A stretch of DNA of 63,535 nt, filler included, from Octopus bimaculoides (lineage: Eukaryota), in NCBI RefSeq assembly GCF_001194135.2. It is 8 parts of 8 records of this genome, joined end to end, with 100 filler letters (N's around TTAATTAATTAA, not from the genome) between each part and the next. Parts side by side here need not be neighbours in the genome. Positions count along the whole stretch, not along the records: positions 10,861 to 31,346 come from NC_068982.1; 7 more parts are not named here. One strand, written 5' to 3'. Positions within the stretch are counted from its first letter, which is position 1. Every line of letters begins with the position of its first letter. Under the pieces are notes generated by a model, which had not been told where the DNA came from, did no database searches, and was given only the letters and a program-made list of their open reading frames with translations. Below are positions 12,931 through 25,564 of this stretch, one piece after another. The position numbers and the translations under genes were made by a program.

Positions 12931-13017
<87 letters not shown>
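12730..13017. repeat. Long (TG)n/(TA)n microsatellite; representative of dozens of di-, tri- and tetranucleotide tracts in the window
   Basis: Direct inspection. Confidence 0.95.
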
Positions 13018-13018
<1 letters not shown>

Positions 13019-13734
13019 AATTAACTGAGAATACAAGACTGCTATACATTTAATTAAGTTAGTCTCGCTGTTTTCTCCTTGGATTACCGATTGCTGTTTC
13101 AGCTAACTGTAAAGTAAGGTCTATATAATATTCATACTGGTTTTGTTAATTTCTTTCAGAAGTTTCTAGATCGTCATCCATATCTCTTTCCAAGATAGCC
13201 TTTACAATCTAGTCCGCCAACATCCTTAATGTCAAGTTAACAGGCTGGGATGTTCTGCCTCTGTACCGTTAAAGAAATACTATGAAGATTAACTTCTATC
13301 GTAGAATAATGGGATTTGTGCTACAAATTGTCTGTCTTATCACTTCTGTCCTAATGCTTAATCATAGCAATTTTGTAACATCGATAACAAACAATACACA
13401 TGAGCCCAGTTTGATATCAGATTATTATCCTTCCATTGCTAAACCCATTGTCTTTAACATAAACTTTTGCCAGCAGACACATTTTCGAAATTAAAATTGT
13501 TACGCCTGGAAGAAAATCTAGCTCAATCATCTCATGATTAAAGAACGTTATATTTCTTTATACAATTTCAGCAAGTGGTCAAAGATTTCGATACAAATAT
13601 ATGAATTAAACCACTATTATAAATCATATCTGATATGGTAAATAACATTTTTAAACGCCTAAATATATCGTAATTAACTAACAAACGTGCGCATTTGGAG
13701 AAAATATTCTTATTAAAAGAAAAGATTTGAATAT

Positions 13735-14130
13735 AGGCGTGTGGTAAGTAGCTTGCTTACCAACCTCATGGTTCCGGGTTCAATCCCACTGCGTGGCACC
13801 TTGGGCAAGTGTCTTCTACTATTGCCTCGGGCCTACCAAAGCCTTGTGAGTGGATTTGGTAGACGAAAACTGAAAGAAGCCTATCGTATATATATATATG
13901 TATATGTATGCGTGTGTATATGTTGTGTATCTGTGTTTGTCCCCCAATATTGCTTGACAACCGATGCTGGTGTGTTTATGTCCCCGTAACCTAGCGGTTC
14001 GGCAAAAGAAACCGATACAATAAGTAATAGGCTTACAAAGAATAAGTCCTAGGGTCGATTTGATTCGACTAAAGGCGGCGCTGCAACATGGCCGCAGTCA
14101 AATGACTGAAACAAGTAAAAGAGTAAAAAG
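13735..14130 (+). mobile_element. SINE family A, full length (tRNA head, CORE-like domain, internal microsatellite, 3' module)
   Basis: B-box GGTTCAATCCC, CORE-like GGCACCTTGGGCAAGTGTCTTCTACTAT, internal (TA)/(TG) tract, tail AAGTAAAAGAGTAAAAG; at least nine related copies in the window. Confidence 0.9.
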
Positions 14131-15764
14131 TAATTAAAACGTCGAAGTCAATGGTAGTCTCAAAAGAATGTATTTTTTCTACTAAGTTCAATTAAATTTA
14201 TATACTTATGAATACCACTCGTACAGAAAATCTAACGAAAATTTCCACTATATCCGTAACAATTCGAAACATCATCTAGCTACATAAAAATTTGTTCAAA
14301 ACATTAACTTCCGATTATTTAGTAATTTATATGTGGAAAATTCTTTTAATAACGTACCAGATTATTATATCGAAATCCATAATATAATGGTTTTAAATAT
14401 AAGATACAATATATCAGAAACAGTAATAATGGGCGTTAAAACGGAAAACGATATATACGTACTTAAGTATGCTTTTCCTTTAAGTAGTGAAGTCAGTGTT
14501 TGCATCTATAGAAATTTATGAAACTTGTAATTATACACTACCTCAGTCGTTTCAAATATCAATGAAAATTTAAATATTACAATATATGGGTTAGCTATTT
14601 TAAATATGAGTAACATTTTCGAATCCTTGTCGAAAAATACCGAAAAACACTATAGGTATCCGCTGTCATCACTACTTTTTCAGCTACGCCATCACATGAA
14701 CCGCGAATGGTGTCTACTTTATAGTGGATATCATTCGTGGTTTATGTCTTACAAACTCTATAGTCTCTTGTACTAACGTGTCACCAGTAAGTGCGGCAAT
14801 TATAAAGAGACCGTCTCTTTAACGTCTACCACTTTTAAATTACGATATAATCACCTTACGAATACTTTCACAAAAGCAGTCAGATATCCAGAGAATACTT
14901 TAAACTATTCAACCAATGTTCAACATTTCCAGTCATGCCTCTCTGAAATGCTAGAAATTGTGTTCCATTCCAGGAAAGCTTTGAATACAAACTCCGAACT
15001 TACTTCTTTTTGCATACACAGACATTCATTTTCACTAATTAATTATATGGTAACACATTATATATTTATTTTATTTCACAAATTGCTATCACTATTCGAA
15101 TGTACAAAATAAATATATCTGCTTTTGCTCCATACATCACTTTATTCGTACCACCTACATAAGTGTTCACAAAACATGATTATGTTGTATACAGCTCTAC
15201 TGATACGTATAAATAGTTTATAGTTAGTTTTTACGTTCTTCTCCCACACCATATTCCAAATTACCTTCACTCATCTTCTGTCTCAGCTCATCCTCGCTTC
15301 ATTTTTGTCTCACGTTTGACCGAAATTTTCTAAACAAATCACCATCTACTTTTTAGTTTTATCTATTTTGCTGTTTTTCAGTTTCTCGGTTACCTATTCT
15401 CTCCCTTCTTTCATTCTGCTTCTTATTCCTTGTCATCCATTCATCATCACATTTTAACCGCCTAACACCGGTTTTAGCAAAGATTTTTGTCCAGCAACCA
15501 ATCAAATTACGAGACTTTATTTACTTTGAAACTTAAGTCACATATATATGGTGTATGTCCTATGCTAAATTACAACATCCAGATGAGCTGAAAGGCGAAA
15601 CTTGAAAGCAAGCAGTGAAGTTTGTAATTTTGTTAAGTTATATATATATATATATATTAGAAAATGTGCAAAATACTCGGTAGAGTTAGGTGTATTTGAA
15701 AAAGGAAAAGAATGACTTCACTGGTAGTTCTAATCAATTTGATTTTTTAATAAATATAAAATCA

Positions 15765-16564
15765 CTAGCAGAGGCACCCGGCGTTGCTCGGGAATGAAAT
15801 TGTTGCTTATATACTTGAAGAAAAAAAGGCAAAATATGCTGTATAGGAATTTGAGGACATTCTGTAGATGGTCTCTCAGATGAATGATGGCTGGGCGCCT
15901 CTTATGAATGGGGAAAATTGAAGATGTGCCAAAAAGCCTCATTGGTACTTGAAAACTTTTACGAAAATTAAAATGGGGATTAAATGAAAAAACTTATTTG
16001 CGTGAATATCCTCACAAGAGTAATTGAAATAAATGGCGATTGTGGAACCCCCCCACGCACGCACGCACGCGCGCGCGCATACNNNNNNNNNNNNNNNNNN
16101 NNNNNNNNNNNNNNNNNNNNNNNNNNNNNNNNNNNNNNNNNNNNNNNNNNNNNNNNNNNNNNNNNNNNNNNNNNNNNNNNNNNNNNNNNNNNNNNNNNNN
16201 NNNNNNNNNNNNNNNNNNNNNNNNNNNNNNNNNNNNNNNNNNNNNNNNNNNNNNNNNNNNNNNNNNNNNNTCTCTCTCTCTCTCTCATACACACGAACAC
16301 ACACGCTCACACACAAAATAGAGAGTGAAGCTTTTTGCCGTTGTTACGTCAATACCGGAAGTTGACATTGAGGAACCTTTTTAAAGAAGTGAATCTTAAA
16401 TATAAAGCAATATTTTTTATTTTTAATTAAAAAAATCAAATGAAGAGCCTAACATTTATCCGAGGTCAAATTATTCATGCATCACAAGTATGGAAGCATT
16501 TGGTGAAGTCGATTTCACGTGAAAAGCGATTACACACACATCTCTGTTTTATATATAGTATAGA
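15765..16564 (-). mobile_element. Non-autonomous Helitron
   Basis: Minus strand starts A|TCTATACTATATATAAAAC and ends with hairpin CCCGAGCAACGCCGGG, 8 nt, then CTAG|T: canonical TC...CTAG ends in an A|T target. Confidence 0.8.
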
Positions 16565-16622
16565 TATAATCAAAAACTATACCGATTAGAAATATCAGTG
16601 AAGTCATTGGTTTCCTTTTCAT

Positions 16623-16682
<60 letters not shown>

Positions 16683-16742
16683 CACATATATGTATATACA
16701 CACACCCATAAAGATAGATAGATTGATTGATAGAGAGAGAGA

Positions 16743-16805
<63 letters not shown>

Positions 16806-16985
16806 GCACATCCAATTTGGAATTGGTAGCGTAAGAGACGGCAAATAACTTAGGGAACAGATAAGTTACTTGCCCACCATTTACGTGAGCAATACTTACA
16901 ATCAAAATTCCTGACCAAGTACAGATCACCTCTTCGCTCATCTATCCTTCAGTCTTGATTCTGAAGCTTATTGTTATCGCTTTCC

Positions 16986-17410
16986 TTAAGGCGGCGAGCT
17001 GGCAGAATCGTTAACGCGCTGGGCGAAATGCTTAGCAGCATTTCGTCTGCCGTTACGTTCTGAGTTCAAATTCCGCCGAGGTCGACTTTGCCTTTCATCC
17101 TTTCTGGGTCGATGAATTAAGTGCCAGTTACACACTGGAAGTCGATTAATCGACTTAATCCCTTTGTCTGTCCTTGTTTGTCCCCTCTATGTTTAGCCCC
17201 TTGTGGGCAATAAAGAAATAAGAATCACTAAGCACGCCTAACGAAATGCTTAATGACATTTAGTCCGTCTTTACGTTCCGAGTTCAAATTCTGCCAAGTT
17301 CGACTTTGCCTTTCGGGGTCGCTGATATAAATTCCAGCTGAATAGTGGGGTCGATGTAATCGACTTACTGGTCCTTCGAAGTTACTAGCCTTGTCCAAAA
17401 TTTGAATTCA
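16986..17410 (+). mobile_element. SINE family B, one full copy plus an adjacent partial copy
   Basis: Head AAGGCGGCGAGCTGGCAGAATCG, B-box GAGTTCAAATTCC, body GTCGACTTTGCCTTTCATCC; more than 15 related copies. Confidence 0.9.
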
Positions 17411-17675
17411 TTATAATTACTTGAAATTTTAAATCACTCCTACGAACGTGATGTCATTTGTTCCATTTCACGAAAACGAGATTTATGCAGCCAAATTTGA
17501 TGGTTACACTGTGTGTGCGTGTGTGTGTGTGTGTGTGTGCTAGGTAACTCATGTGTTTTTCATCAAAAAGGTTGACTGAGGATATTACTTTAGAGGAGCT
17601 AATAGTTTCAACTAGTTAGGTTCCGACTTGTCGAAGTAAATTATTTTTATTTACATGACTATTCGTGTGTTACAC

Positions 17676-18008
17676 GTGGAGGCGCAATGGCCCAGACCGG
17701 GTGTTGTGAGTGTTTATTGAGCGAAAACACCTAAAGTTCCACGAGGCTCCGGCAGGGGATGGTGGCGAACCCTGCTGTACTCTTTCACCACAAGTTCTCT
17801 CACTCTTACTTCCTGTTTCTGTTGTGCCTGTAATTCAAAGGGTCAGCCTTGTCACATTGTGTCACGCTGAATATCCCCGAGAACTACGTTAAGGGTACAC
17901 GTGTCTGTGGAATGCTCAGCCACTTGCACGTTAATTTCACGAACAGGTTCTTCCGTTGATCGGATCAACTGGAACCCTCGCCGTCGTAAGTGACGGAGTG
18001 CCAACAAA
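17676..18008 (+). mobile_element. SINE family C copy with a 50-nt deletion in the tRNA head
   Basis: Colinear with the reverse complement of 36050-36428 except for the missing head segment. Confidence 0.85.
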
Positions 18009-18114
18009 ATGTGTGTTACACAGCACACTCATTTCCAAGTTGTATTTACTGTTCTACAGTTAATATTGGTATCGTTGATCGTTTTCGTTTTGATGCTGAG
18101 TTTTCTAGCTTTTA

Positions 18115-18871
18115 ATAATGGTTTCAAATTTTTGCCACAAGGGCAGCCTGAGGGAAAGAATTAAGTCGATTACACTGGCACTTAATTTATCGACGCTGAA
18201 TGGATGAAAGGCAAAGTAGACCTCGGAGGAATTTGTGCTAAAAACGTAAAGACAGGCGAAATACCGCTCAGCATCTCATTCAGCGTGCTAACGATTCTAC
18301 CAGCTTGCCGCCTTAATAATAATAATAATAATAATAATGGTTTCAAATTTTTCCACAAGGGCAGCCATTTTGAGGGCGGGGGGGGGAGTCGATTACATCA
18401 GCCTCCAGTGTTTCACTGGTACTTATTTTATCGATCCTGAAAGGATGAAAGGCAAAGTCGACCTAGGCGGAATTTGAACTCAAAACGTAAAGACGGGTGA
18501 AATACCGCAAAGCATTTCGTCCAGCGTGCTAACGATTCTACCAGCTCGCCGTCTTAATAATCCTTTCTACTATAAGTACAATGTTTGAAATTTGTGGGAT
18601 GGGGATAAGTCGATTACAGTGACCCCAGTGTTTCACTGGGAACTTAATTCATCCACCCGGAAAGGATGAAAGGCAAAGTCGACTTCGACGGAATTTGAAC
18701 TCAGAACGCAGCGACAGACGAAATACCGCTAAGCATTTCTTTTCATTTTTCTACTCTAGACACAAAGAGTAAAATGTCCGGGGAGGGGGCCAGTCAATTA
18801 GATCGACGCCAGTACGCATCTGGTACTTAATTTATCGACTCCGAAAGGATAAAAAGCAAAGTTGACCTTAG
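18115..18871 (-). mobile_element. Head-to-tail array of four SINE B copies
   Basis: Four repeats of GGATGAAAGGCAAAGTCGAC-like bodies; the first three junctions are (AAT)n tails. Confidence 0.85.
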
Positions 18872-19160
18872 NNNNNNNNNNNNNNNNNNNNNNNNNNNNN
18901 NNNNNNNNNNNNNNNNNNNNNNNNNNNNNNNNNNNNNNNNNNNNNNNNNNNNNNNNNNNNNNNNNNNNNNNNNNNNNNNNNNNNNNNNNNNNNNNNNNNN
19001 NNNNNNNNNNNNNNNNNNNNNNNNNNNNNNNNNNNNNNNNNNNNNNNNNNNNNNNNNNNNNNNNNNNNNNNNNNNNNNNNNNNNNNNNNNNNNNNNNNNN
19101 NNNNNNNNNNNNNNNNNNNNNNNNNNNNNNNNNNNNNNNNNNNNNNNNNNNNNNNNNNNN

Positions 19161-19520
19161 CCCTAACCCTAACCCTTACCCTAACCCTAGGGTTAGGTTT
19201 AGGGTTAAGGTTAGGGTTAGGGTTAGGGTTAAAGCAAATTTAAAATGAAAAAAGCAAATAAAACGAAGGTATGGAGATTAAATACGCTTTACATCGCTTA
19301 ATCAGCCAAAGGAGTAAATATAAACAACTGAATACTTGTCAGTGATTGGTTGAAATTATCGAAATAAGACAATTTTTTACATGAAATAAATTCGAATACA
19401 AAAATATTTTTCTGTTCTATAACACAAAATAGATAAGTATACGAAGTTTGAAAGTCTTTCCGCACCAAAAACACTACGTAAAACATTAATGAAAAATGTG
19501 GCCCCCGTTTTAAAATAGAT
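19161..19520. repeat. Palindromic telomere-like tract (CCCTAA)n-(TTAGGG)n followed by a probable dispersed repeat
   Basis: 19161-19230 is a CCCTAA run, a CCCTAGGG centre, then a TTAGGG run; the left edge abuts a gap. Confidence 0.65.
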
Positions 19521-19874
19521 CCGAAACTCCTTATAATCATGATTTTGATGATGGTTAAGGCAATGGCTATGACAAGGTTTTGAAGATAGTTATTATAGTC
19601 GTTATAGATGATCATCAGGATGACAATCAACATGACCACCCAACTAGAAGCCACAAGGTTATATTGGTGAATATATGCGGTAGTAAGGATACACTTATGG
19701 TAACACTCTCTCTGTCTCTTGCTTCATTTACGCTCTCTCTTTCTCCGTCTTTCTGTATATGTGTGTGTTTTTGTATTTNNNNNNNNNNNNNNNNNNNNNN
19801 NNNNNNNNNNNNNNNNNNNNNNNNNNNNNNNNNNNNNNNNNNNNNNNNNNNNNNNNNNNNNGTACGTCTCCCCG

Positions 19875-19914
<40 letters not shown>

Positions 19915-20332
19915 CTCACGAAAAGAACAACATCAGCAACAATAACAACTACAATAGCAACAATTAGACGAAAGAATCATAAAGANNNNNNNNNNACGCT
20001 CTCTCTTTCTCCGTCTTTCTGTATATGTGTGTGTTTTTGTATTTATTTGTGTGTGTGTGTGATATTTTTGTGTCACATACTTCTAAGGATTTGGCCAGAT
20101 ATACGCTTTATGCATTTATTTATTTGAATATTTGTTTTGTTTGTTTCTTTGTCTACTTGTCTGTCCGTTTGTTTGTTTATGTTAAACTTTTGTATGTTGT
20201 ACTATAATAGGACAATGAATGTATTTAAGGGCCGCAAGGTGAGTAATATACAAAAGAAAATATCCTGACACAGCTTCCACCGCCACCATCACTTCCGCCA
20301 CACTGGCAGCAATAATCTTGTACGTCTCCCCG

Positions 20333-20368
<36 letters not shown>

Positions 20369-20513
20369 NNNNNNNNNNNNNNNNNNNNNNNNNNNNNNNN
20401 NNNNNNGCAACAATAACAACTACAATAGCAACAATTAGACGAAAGAATCATAAAGACCAACAGGGTAGCGGAGAAATCGGGTAAAGAGACGAACGAAAGA
20501 AAAAGCACATGGG

Positions 20514-20555
<42 letters not shown>

Positions 20556-20999
20556 TGAAGATAGCAGATAGAGGGGAGGGGGGAGAAAGAGTGGAAGTGA
20601 GTGGTACAAAGTGAGAAGGGGGAGGAGAGATATTAAGGTACAGAAGGAGGAAGAAAGACTAGACAAATGAAACAGAGAGAGGGGTGGATTAGAGAGAGAG
20701 AAAACAAACAGGTAGGAAATATGTGATAAAAAAACATAATTATTTGCACTACGGTTAGTGTAAATGTATAGTTTACATATAGCCTTCACCGCCTGCACCC
20801 CGGCGGTGGAGGCTCTACGAGGTCGCTTGACCTTATAACAAACACCAGTCAAGTCTCGCTGAAATCACATTTTTCTTACCGCCTTAAAAAAAAAAACTAG
20901 AAGGACTAATGTAGTTTTTTTAGATCGAGAAAAATACGAGACAGTCAGAACAAGAATGTCATTGAATAACAGGTTTGTTCGAGCAGGGCTAACTAACCA

Positions 21000-21016
21000 G
21001 GGGCTAAATAACATCC

Positions 21017-21074
<58 letters not shown>

Positions 21075-22294
21075 TAACCACAGCTAACATGAACGTCATC
21101 ACGATCACAGCAAATGCCACCCTACAACCTTATTACTATTACTACTACTACTACGACGACGACCACCACCACCACCACCCCCACTACCACTACCATGACG
21201 AAGACGACACGACAACGACAGCTACTGCTACTGCTACTACTACTTTCACCAGCATCATTACCACGACCATCACCATCACGAGCCGAACTGTAATCACTAC
21301 CTCCACTATCACCGAGTTCAAATTCCACCGAGGTCGACTTTGCCTTTCATCCATCAGGGGTGGGGGTAGATAAAATAAATACCAGCTGAGCACTGGAGGC
21401 CAATGTAATTGACTTATCCTCTAGCGCGAAATTGCTGGCCTTGTGCCAATATTTGAAATCGATATTTTCCTCCTGCACCATAAACTTCGTCTCCTCCGTC
21501 AGCACTAGCACCAACAGCATCACTGCCAACTCCACCCATCCACCCCGACTCCACCCCGACTCCACCCCACCCACCGCCATCAAAAGGGACTCAATTCCAC
21601 CAAGAACATCAACTCTATCTAATACCAACAACATCTCCTACACCAACAACTAAACACCGACAGCGACATCAACTCCATCTACCACACCACCACTACCAAC
21701 AACAACAACATAAACATCAATTCCACCACCATCAGCACAAACGATTCTAACACCAACATCAAGAACATCAACGCCACAACCAATGACAACAACAAAAACA
21801 ACACTTATAACAACCGACTACAACAGCAGTACCGATGTTGTCACCATCGCCATCGCGACAACACCATCATCGTAGGCCCAAACCTAACACCCAACTGCTT
21901 GTAGACATCTCGAATTATGTCTCGCCTTTCTGTTACCACTGCCTCTAACGGAACCAGCCCCTATTCACACACACCTCACACACTTCAACAGGGGGCAAAC
22001 ATGAAGTAATTTCCATTCTACAACTTCGTCTTGTAATAACGTTACTTGAGATAATTTCTTTTCTTTTTTCTTTTTTTTTGTTGTTGGTTTTGAAAGGTCT
22101 TTTTACTAAGTGTCTTTTTTTTTATTTATGCATTTTTTGGGGGGTGGGGGGTTGAGCCTTTTTACTTTGTTATTATTCATTTTTTTCCTTTTTACGTCTA
22201 CACTTCTGCATTTGATTCAACACCCAACACCACTGCCACCACTACCACGAACAGCAACGACCACAGAAATACCATCAACAACAACAAAAACAAT

Positions 22295-22354
<60 letters not shown>

Positions 22355-22730
22355 AGTCACAGCAAAACCAGAAACTACCACTGTTACTACTTGCAACAGA
22401 TCAACCACCACAGCTATCGATGTTACTGTAGCCACAGCTACTCCAAAAACACATTAATGCTCACCACCACCACTACCATCACCACCACTACCACCACCAC
22501 CACCACCACCGTACCAACAATACTAGAACAACCACTGCTAATCGCTACCATCAATCAGCATAACAACAGCAGAGACATCCAGCGCATAAATACTACCACA
22601 GCTAGCAGCATAACCAACAACGGCATCTCACCATCGAACACTATCACCACCACCTTCTCTACAAAGGCCACCACATCCAACGTCACCACCACCATTGCTA
22701 TCACCACTACCAATCGTCCTCATTAACATC
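21000..22730. repeat. Trinucleotide low-complexity domain (TAC/CAC/CAA) with an embedded SINE B fragment (21310-21460)
   Basis: Direct inspection. Confidence 0.85.
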
Positions 22731-23315
22731 TTCACTGGTAAATTCGCTGCCAACACAGCGTCAAGACCCAACGAGGCAACTTATAAGTTGATTATCCGAC
22801 TTGCGAGAAATAGTAACCCAATCTCCCGCAAATTACTTTAGATCCTGGGTTCCATGCGCGCTGAAAAGGAAAAAACGACAGGATGATCACGGTTAAAATA
22901 TTTTTGTTCATGAGCTTATTTCATCAAGGCTGATAAGGTGCTAAATAACAACAACAACTACAACAGCAACAACAACAATAACAACAGTTTCAGGATCCAA
23001 AGAAACAGCATTTTTACGTGCAACCATATTTCCAAAGGAATGCAAATTTCTCAGTCTAATATGCGAATGACACAAACTTCATGACCAAGTTTTAGCAACA
23101 GGCTAAGTTTCCAGTCTTAATTTAATTTCAGATGAAGTCATTCAGGTACTTCAACTTCAATACCAACATCGAGCTGTTATTTGGGTAATCGCAGCAAAGA
23201 TTGAGTCCCATGCACCTGATCTGTCTTTAAAAGGCGTTTCTTGAAGCGAATTCTGCACGTCGAACTCACACACACACATACATATATATCAGAGACCATA
23301 GTGTAAATTCACCGC

Positions 23316-23347
<32 letters not shown>

Positions 23348-23641
23348 CTCTTTTATTCTTTTACTCTTTTACTTGTTTCAGTCATTTGACTGCGGCCATG
23401 CTGGAGCACCGCCTTTAGTCGAGCATATCGGCCCCGGGACTTATTCTTTGTAAGCCTAGTACTTATTCTATCGGTCTCTTTTGCCGAACCGCTAAGTTAC
23501 GGGGACATAAACACACGAGCATCGGTTGTCAAGCAATGCTAGGGGGACAAACACAGACACACAAACACACACACACATATATATATATACATATATACGA
23601 CGGGCTTCTTTCAGTTTCCGTCTACCAAATCCACTCACAAG
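23348..23641 (-). mobile_element. SINE family A, 3' part running into a gap
   Basis: Matches 53146-53470. Confidence 0.9.
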
Positions 23642-25081
23642 NNNNNNNNNNNNNNNNNNNNNNNNNNNNNNNNNNNNNNNNNNNNNNNNNNNNNNNNNNN
23701 NNNNNNNNNNNNNNNNNNNNNNNNNNNNNNNNNNNNNNNNNNNNNNNNNNNNNNNNNNNNNNNNNNNNNNNNNNNNNNNNNNNNNNNNNNNNNNNNNNNN
23801 NNNNNNNNNNNNNNNNNNNNNNNNNNNNNNNNNNNNNNNNNNNNNNNNNNNNNNNNNNNNNNNNNNNNNNNNNNNNNNNNNNNNNNNNNNNNNNNNNNNN
23901 NNNNNNNNNNNNNNNNNNNNNNNNNNNNNNNNNNNNNNNNNNNNNNNNNNNNNNNNNNNNNNNNNNNNNNNNNNNNNNNNNNNNNNNNNNNNNNNNNNNN
24001 NNNNNNNNNNNNNNNNNNNNNNNNNNNNNNNTATAGCGTCGTACGTACACTTTGGTCTCTTGTATGTAAGTATATATTTATCTAAATCTTGTAATACTCT
24101 ATTCTTTCTTTCTATCAGCCCTCTCACGCTTATTCGTTCATTCTACTCTTCGTTCTTTCGTCCCCCCCCCTCTCACACATTTCTCTGCCTTCTCTTCTTG
24201 CTCACTTTCCCACCAGTTTTCACTTCAATGTGAAATAGCTGCCGATTCTTCTTCAAATATCTTTAAACGATATGGTCCTGAGCTCTCTGTACATAAGAAA
24301 CTGGAAAGATGGTCATGGCTGAAATGCCTTTCATCATATGGCTGGCGTGGGCCTGAACAACGACAGCAACATAAAGTGAAGTCACTTTGGACGTTGTAGC
24401 CCCTAATACATACAAAGACGTTATGGCCTTGGAATGACGTCATGGATATATGTCAATTAGGTCAGGACAGACCTGGTACTAAAGAAGTAGTAGACAAAAT
24501 GGTTTAAACACTGTAAAACACATTGTATCGCGTCCTAACACTTCTACTAATAGCATCGTCGTAAATCTTTTCTCTGCCCGACATAATCAAAGGAATGAGG
24601 ACAGAGACTATAGCCTTTTCAAGAGCTTCCGAGAAGGACGAAAAGAATGAGAGGCGCTGATAGTTTTCCTCAAACCGAAGATCTTGTCTGACTCAGCTAA
24701 AGGCAACCCCGAACCATACGACAGGCGTGATGTGCGTGAAATCGTAAGGTAAAGCTGACTAATCAAAACAAAATCACAATAATAAAGAAACATCAACGTG
24801 TAACAAATACATTAAACGTTCTCACTAAAATATGATGAATTAAACTCTAAGTTTAAACATGAAAAAGAGATGTAGATATTATCACTATTAAGCTGTATAA
24901 ATCCAGAAAGATTGCTTTTCTTCAGTATTAGAGCTGGTTTGAGCATTAATATACATATCTTCTAAGATGTGTTTCCTTCTAATAAAGAAAACTTGTGAAA
25001 AATAAAATAAACATGGAATTCTTTGTGATATCAGAAGACTGAAATATAAAGATATTTGTATTACATACATACATACATAAC

Positions 25082-25153
<72 letters not shown>

Positions 25154-25427
25154 CATGTGTGGGTGTGTATATGTATATATACATACATACATACATACAT
25201 ACATACATACATGTCTTTCTCTACATATATGTAATGTGTACATGTGGTGTGTGTAACACACAGCTGTGCAACTGCAGAAGTAATCAACTACAGAAACCAG
25301 TATATTCTAAGCTAAACTGAAAACGATGCTGGTCCGTTTATCAGATAACTACGAGTTTGGTGCTTCTTGTTTTTCCCTCCTTTTCTTGTTTTTACTCATG
25401 CTTCTCTTGCCTTGCTGCAGCTGATGC

Positions 25428-25486
<59 letters not shown>

Positions 25487-25508
25487 CAGCAGCAACAGCA
25501 GCAGCAAC

Positions 25509-25564
<56 letters not shown>

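Noticed and set aside
14560-15000. Weak resemblance to a LINE RT motif on the minus strand
   Set aside because: Too degenerate to support without a profile search.
18115-18871. CRISPR-like periodic repeats
   Set aside because: Units are about 200-nt SINE copies in a eukaryotic context, with no repeat-spacer architecture or cas genes.
19161-19230. Telomere fusion scar
   Set aside because: Orientation is CCCTAA then TTAGGG, the reverse of an end-to-end fusion.
19729-20456. Duplicated blocks around short gaps
   Set aside because: The same three sub-blocks recur in order around Ns; most likely an unmerged haplotype or overlap artefact.
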